DNA from: Chloroflexota bacterium
GTDB taxonomy: Bacteria; Chloroflexota; Dehalococcoidia; Lucifugimonadales; UBA3495
Reading direction: 5' to 3'
NCBI GenBank assembly: GCA_028874675.1
Contig: JAPPJA010000422.1
Span: 1-38,800, forward strand
DNA length: 38,800 nt
The notes below the pieces were generated by a model. It did not search any database. It worked only from the letters and a program-made list of their open reading frames with translations, and was not told the DNA's origin. Shown here piece by piece: positions 33,015 to 38,800 of the stretch. A program made the translations under genes and the position numbers. How positions within the stretch are numbered: the first letter of the stretch is position 1; every line of letters starts with the position of its first letter.

Positions 33015-34472
33015 TTGTCTGAACTCTGGCAGTTGACTTTGCACGAGGCCCGGGCCGGACTGGATTCCGGGTCTTTCAGCGCGGTGGACCTGGCCCGTTC
33101 CTGCTTTGAACGCATCGGGCAGGTGGAAGACCGGGTCAAGGCCTACGTCACCCTCACCGAATCCCACGCCCTGCGGCAGGCCGAAGCTGCCGACCAGACC
33201 CTGGCCCAGGGCCGGGGAGGCCCCATGACCGGCATTCCGGTGCAGGTAAAGGACCTCATCAGCACCCGGGGCATTCGCACCACCTGTTCCTCGCGCATGC
33301 TGGAAAACTACGTCCCCGTCTATGACGCCACAGTGTGGGAGAAGCTGTCCCGGCAGGGCGCGGTGCTGCTGGGCAAGGGCAACATGGACGAATTCGCCAT
33401 GGGGTCTTCCTGCGAAAATTCGGCCTTCTTCCCCACCCACAATCCCTGGGACCTGGACCGGGTTCCGGGCGGGAGCAGCGGGGGAGCCGCGGCCTCGGTG
33501 GCCGCCGACGAGGCCATCGTTGCCCTGGGTTCCGATACCGGCGGCAGCATCCGCCAGCCAGCATCCCTTTGCGGCGTGGTGGGCCTCAAGCCCACCTACG
33601 GCCGCGTCAGCCGCTACGGCCTGGTTGCCTTCGCCTCGTCCCTGGACCAGATCGGCCCCGTGGGCAAGAACGCAATGGACTGCGCCATCACCCTGAACGC
33701 CATCGCCGGCTACGACTCCAGGGATTCCACTTCCCTGGACCTGCCGGCCACCGACTTTACCGCCGGCCTGACCAAGGACATAAAGGGCCTGCGCCTGGGC
33801 ATTCCCGGGGAGTATTTCGTGGACGGCATGGATCCGGGGGTGCGCAACGCCGTGGAAGCCGCCATCAGGGAACTGGAGGGCCTGGGGGCATCCGTGGAGC
33901 CCGTTTCCCTGCCCACTACCAAATACGCCCTGGCCTGTTACTACATCATCGCCCCGTCGGAGTGCTCGGCCAACCTGGCCCGCTACGACGGCGTGAAGTT
34001 CGGCTACTCCTACCAGGACACGCCGGATATGTGGCAGGCCATGGAAACCACCCGCCAGCAGGGTTTTGGCCCCGAGGTCAAGCGACGGATAATGCTGGGC
34101 GCCTACGCCCTGTCCGCCGGCTACTACGACGCCTACTATCTCAAGGCCCAGCAGGTGCGCACCCTCATCCGCCAGGACTTTGCCCGTGTCTTCGAGCAGG
34201 TGGACGCCCTGGTCACGCCCACGTCGCCGGTGGTGGCCTTCCCCATTGGCGAAAAGACCGCCGACCCGGTGCAAATGTACCTGATTGACGTCTGCACCCT
34301 GCCCATCAACATCGCCGGCCTGCCGGCTATGTCCGTGCCCTGCGGCTTCTCCGAAGGCCTGCCCGTGGGGATGCAGCTTATCGGCCCCCACCTGTCTGAA
34401 AGCACGCTGCTGAACGTGGCTCACGCCTACGAGCAGGCCACCGACTGGCACAAGGCCCGGCCGGGGCTCTAG
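33015..34472 (+). CDS. gatA: Asp-tRNA(Asn)/Glu-tRNA(Gln) amidotransferase subunit A
   Basis: 485 aa, TTG start at 33015. Amidase signature GGSSGGAAASVAA...GSDTGGSIRQPA. Confidence 0.92.
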   Translation: MSELWQLTLHEARAGLDSGSFSAVDLARSCFERIGQVEDRVKAYVTLTESHALRQAEAADQTLAQGRGGPMTGIPVQVKDLISTRGIRTTCSSRMLENYVPVYDATVWEKLSRQGAVLLGKGNMDEFAMGSSCENSAFFPTHNPWDLDRVPGGSSGGAAASVAADEAIVALGSDTGGSIRQPASLCGVVGLKPTYGRVSRYGLVAFASSLDQIGPVGKNAMDCAITLNAIAGYDSRDSTSLDLPATDFTAGLTKDIKGLRLGIPGEYFVDGMDPGVRNAVEAAIRELEGLGASVEPVSLPTTKYALACYYIIAPSECSANLARYDGVKFGYSYQDTPDMWQAMETTRQQGFGPEVKRRIMLGAYALSAGYYDAYYLKAQQVRTLIRQDFARVFEQVDALVTPTSPVVAFPIGEKTADPVQMYLIDVCTLPINIAGLPAMSVPCGFSEGLPVGMQLIGPHLSESTLLNVAHAYEQATDWHKARPGL

Positions 34473-34515
34473 GCCTCCCCAATGCTATAATGCAGGGACG
34501 CCACGGAGGTCTGAA

Positions 34516-34872
34516 ATGAGCATCTTCCATTACCCGTTGGAAATCACCGGCCCGGATGCCAGCGAATTCCAGGAAGTAATGGCCCTGGTTGACACCGGCG
34601 CTACCTTCACGCAGGTACCCGCAACTTTGCTTCGCAATTTGGGCGTCCAGCCCACCGAAAACGTCAGGTTCCGCCTGGCCGATGGCTCAACAATACAGCG
34701 AGCCATCGGTGAAACCCGGGTCCGCATCGAGGCCCAAATCGTTAACACCGTGGTTGTCTTCGGAGATGACAACCACGATGCGCTGCTGGGCGTCTACACC
34801 CTGGAACGCGCCCTCCTGGCGGTTGACCCCGCAGGCCAGCGCCTGATCCCCACCGACGCCCTCTTGGTATAG
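34516..34872 (+). CDS. Retropepsin-like (clan AA) aspartic protease, single domain
   Basis: 118 aa with ALVDTGAT (D-T-G active-site triad), a length typical of homodimeric bacterial retropepsin-like proteins. Confidence 0.7.
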   Translation: MSIFHYPLEITGPDASEFQEVMALVDTGATFTQVPATLLRNLGVQPTENVRFRLADGSTIQRAIGETRVRIEAQIVNTVVVFGDDNHDALLGVYTLERALLAVDPAGQRLIPTDALLV

Positions 34873-35087
34873 CCTTTATTGAAATGGTTTTGAAGGTTGA
34901 ATCCTTCCATCCAGGCCCCATGTCCAAAGGGCACATCGTGGTTTAGGGTGAGCAACCAACTCGCAAACGCTCCCACCACGAGGCTGGCAGGAAGGGTAAG
35001 GAAAGGTGGAATCAACGCGTGAATTTGGCAAGGTAACGCTTGCGGCGCGAATGCCCCCTGACAGATACGGGACCGGAGGTTTTTGCT

Positions 35088-35408
35088 GTGGTAAGCACTA
35101 TTCTCAAGTGTTACCTTTGGCGAAGTGATAACGAATGGGAAGCTCTTTGCGTGGACTTTGATATAGCCGCTCAAGGCGAAACCTATGAGGAGGCCTTTGA
35201 GCAGCTAAAAGGTGCCATTGAAACTTATGTGGAATACGTTCACTCCCTTCCACAACATGAGCATTTGAAGTTTTTTACTCGTCGCTCTCCCCTTGCCCTT
35301 CGCATTAAGTTGGCGCTGTTTTCCAAGATAACTGGCCTCCTCAGACCTGTTTCCAACAACGGGCCGAAAGGCACTGTCCAGGAAACCTTTGAATATGCTA
35401 CGACGTGA
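35088..35408 (+). CDS. hicB: HicB-family antitoxin (UPF0150-like)
   Basis: GTG 35088 lies 8 nt after GGAGGT; the track ORF starts at TTG 35040. WEALCVDFDIAAQGETYEEAFEQLKGAIETYVEYV matches the HicB N-terminal fold pattern. Its stop overlaps the hicA start (GTGA). Low GC. Confidence 0.7.
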   Translation: MVSTILKCYLWRSDNEWEALCVDFDIAAQGETYEEAFEQLKGAIETYVEYVHSLPQHEHLKFFTRRSPLALRIKLALFSKITGLLRPVSNNGPKGTVQETFEYATT

Positions 35409-35617
35409 GTTACGGCAGGTTCGTGGATATATTGGAAGGTAACGGGTTTCACCTTGAAAGACAGAGAGGCTCTCATCACATATACGAAGGTTACGTTAAC
35501 GAGCAGCGAAAGTCAGTTACTGTAAGCTACTCGCGACGGAACCAGGATATTAAGGCGGGGACACTCAGTAGCATGATTCGTCAATCAGGACTGCCTAGGA
35601 AGTTGTTCCGTAGATAA
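35405..35617 (+). CDS. hicA: HicA-family mRNA interferase toxin (YcfA-like)
   Basis: 70 aa. FVDILEGNGFHLERQRGSHHIY...GTLSSMIRQSGL is typical of HicA, with the catalytic His in GSHH. Confidence 0.8.
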   Translation: MSYGRFVDILEGNGFHLERQRGSHHIYEGYVNEQRKSVTVSYSRRNQDIKAGTLSSMIRQSGLPRKLFRR

Positions 35618-35854
35618 CGGCGATTCCAGGATGAGAGATTAGGGGGCAGCCATTGATTAGCGGCGGCGGCCCTTCGTGGGAGACCATTTTGGATGCTGTC
35701 AATTTCCCTCTGGGCATTCCGATTCGGACTTGCAACTCTTGAATTAGAATGGCCTCTCGATGCATAGCCACCTACGCACGCTAGGTAAGAAGAGATAATT
35801 CCCGTGGTTCCATAGGCCAGGTCTCCGACACAACACTCCCCCAGGGTTTCAGCC

Positions 35855-37123
35855 ATGATTGCCCGTCTCCGTACTTCCCTGTCCTGGATGAACCGCGACG
35901 CCAGGCTGATAACCCTGGCCCGGGGTGTCCGCACCTTCTCCCAGAGCTTCATTGCCGTCATCATGGCAATCTATCTCGCCGAGCTGGGCTTCAACCTGGT
36001 GCAGATTGGCGCGGTCCTTACCGTGGGTGTTGCCGGCGTCTCCTTCTTTGCCCTGGTGGTGGGCCTGATCAGTGAAAGGGTGGGTCGCCGGCGTCTGCTG
36101 GTCCTCTTCTCCCTGTTGGCGGCGGCGGCCGGGGTAGGCATGTACTTCGCCGAGGCCTTCGTCCCTCTGCTGATCATCGCCTTCCTGGGAAGCCTGTCCA
36201 CGGGCGGCGGCGGTGGCGAAAGCCCGGCGCAGCCCCTGGAAGTTGCCATCCTCCCCGACACCGGCCCTCCCGAAAGGCGCACCGACATCTTTGCCGTCTA
36301 CAGCATTGTGGCCCGCACCGGCACCTTCCTGGGAGCCCTGGCCGCTGGAATGCCCGTCCTGCTTCAGGACGTGCTGGGTCTGTCCCTCCTCTCCTCCTAC
36401 AAGGCGATGTTCCTTGGCTTTGCCCTGTGCCAGCTTGCCGGGGCGGCCCTGTACCTTTTCGTCTCGTCGAGCGTGGAGGGCGCCGCCACTCGCCAGCAGT
36501 GGCAAAACCCGTTCAGGCTGCCCTCCCGGCGCAGAATATTCACCCTGATTACCCTTTACAGCGTGGACACCTTCACTACCTCCATGGTAATGCAGAGCCT
36601 GGTCGCCTACTGGTTTTACACGAAGTTCGGCCTGCCGGTTGAATCCCTCGCCCTGGTCTTCTCCTTGTCCCACCTCCTGACCGCATCATCCCTGTGGATA
36701 TCAGCCAAGATAGCAAACCGGATCGGCCTCCTGAACACGATGGTATTCACCCACATTCCATCCAGCTTCTTTCTGCTGGCCGCCGCCTTCGCTCCCACGG
36801 CCCCGCTGGCCATCGTGTTCTGGCAATGCCGCGCCTTCCTGAGCCAGATGGATGTTCCCACCAGGGACTCCTACAATATGTCGGTCATTAACTCCGAGGA
36901 ACGGGTAGCAATGGCCAGCATCAACATGGTGACGCGGAGCGCCGCCGGGGCAGTGGGGCCCTCGGTGACTACGGCCATCTGGAACATCACCGCCGCCTGG
37001 GCGCCGCTGGTGGGCTCCGCTCTCCTCAAGATCGGCTACGACCTGTCGCTCTATTTCATGTTCCGCAACGTCCGCCCCCCTGAGGAAGAGGAACGGCTGC
37101 GTAACCGGCGTCAGGGGCGATAA
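35855..37123 (+). CDS. MFS transporter
   Basis: 422 aa, about 12 TM segments. GRRRLLV-type loop 2-3 motif ([11 protein letters not shown]). Confidence 0.85.
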   Translation: MIARLRTSLSWMNRDARLITLARGVRTFSQSFIAVIMAIYLAELGFNLVQIGAVLTVGVAGVSFFALVVGLISERVGRRRLLVLFSLLAAAAGVGMYFAEAFVPLLIIAFLGSLSTGGGGGESPAQPLEVAILPDTGPPERRTDIFAVYSIVARTGTFLGALAAGMPVLLQDVLGLSLLSSYKAMFLGFALCQLAGAALYLFVSSSVEGAATRQQWQNPFRLPSRRRIFTLITLYSVDTFTTSMVMQSLVAYWFYTKFGLPVESLALVFSLSHLLTASSLWISAKIANRIGLLNTMVFTHIPSSFFLLAAAFAPTAPLAIVFWQCRAFLSQMDVPTRDSYNMSVINSEERVAMASINMVTRSAAGAVGPSVTTAIWNITAAWAPLVGSALLKIGYDLSLYFMFRNVRPPEEEERLRNRRQGR

Positions 37124-37220
37124 TCCACGCCACGGTCAGTCCCACGGTGGCGCCCGCCCTTTGCCCCTGCTGCCCCGCAATGCTAGAATCGGGGCAATTG
37201 GTACGGCAGGAGGGACTACT

Positions 37221-38620
<1,400 letters not shown>

Positions 38621-38636
38621 AATCAAATGAAGGCCC

Positions 38637-38670
38637 GGGGGCAGTCCGGAAGACTGCCCCCCTTTGACTT
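38637..38670 (+). terminator. Possible terminator after asnS
   Basis: Stem gggggcagtc (38637-38646) / gactgccccc (38652-38661), loop cggaa. The U-tract is weak (ctttgac). Confidence 0.45.
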
Positions 38671-38800
38671 GTCAGCAGCAATCGCCACTGGCTGTGCTGA
38701 AACCAGGACATAGGCTTCACTTGCGGAGATTCTCGGAGATATGGAGCTAGTACTACAACGACGACTTCATGGTGGTGTTTCCGGCCTGATTTGGTTGCGG

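Noticed and set aside
34794-35174. 126-aa minus-strand ORF, and the 127-aa minus-strand ORF 35581-35964, both flanking the hicBA cassette.
   Set aside because: They overlap the well-supported protease, hicB, hicA and MFS genes. They have no motifs and no RBS.

Overview
High-GC bacterial chromosomal segment. AT-rich sequence is confined to promoter and intergenic blocks and to three small accessory islands. The lipoprotein solute-binding proteins with long low-complexity stalks suggest a Chloroflexota-like organism; this is inference only, since the window has no rRNA or tRNA. About 30 confident CDSs are mostly housekeeping or transport. They include three family-5 peptide SBPs (two are tandem paralogues), DppB/DppC-like permeases, an M28 aminopeptidase, a class-I aminotransferase and a FEN-type 5'-3' exonuclease. 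There is also a hydantoinase-type amidohydrolase, an Fe(III)-type ABC importer (SBP, fused double permease, divergently transcribed ATPase) and a nearby DtxR-family regulator. The remainder are a split ThDP decarboxylase cluster (ComD/ComE-like), a PHP phosphoesterase, a MaoC hydratase pair, an SDR, GatC/GatA, an MFS transporter and AsnRS. The most interesting content is two visibly lower-GC two-gene cassettes on either side of the hydantoinase gene. Cassette (i) is a DUF262 (GmrS-like ParB/Srx NTPase) protein with no recognisable DUF1524 nuclease, followed 4 nt later by a small Rx4H HEPN protein. Cassette (ii) is an ABC/AAA_21-type ATPase abutting a DUF4276 (Toprim-like) protein. Both look like candidate, poorly characterised anti-phage or conflict modules. 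A hicB-hicA toxin-antitoxin pair sits in a third low-GC patch. Other observations: a family of CACGAA-rich inverted-repeat elements placed right after stop codons (3 copies), and a 167-bp perfectly identical tract inside otherwise diverged tandem SBP paralogues (gene conversion). The two paralogues also share a duplicated TTGACA-18-TATACT promoter and (E/K)V-repeat stalks. There is a divergent extra ThDP beta-like paralogue, and long non-coding leaders that may hold structured RNAs. No CRISPR array, rRNA, tRNA, transposase or integrase was recognised.
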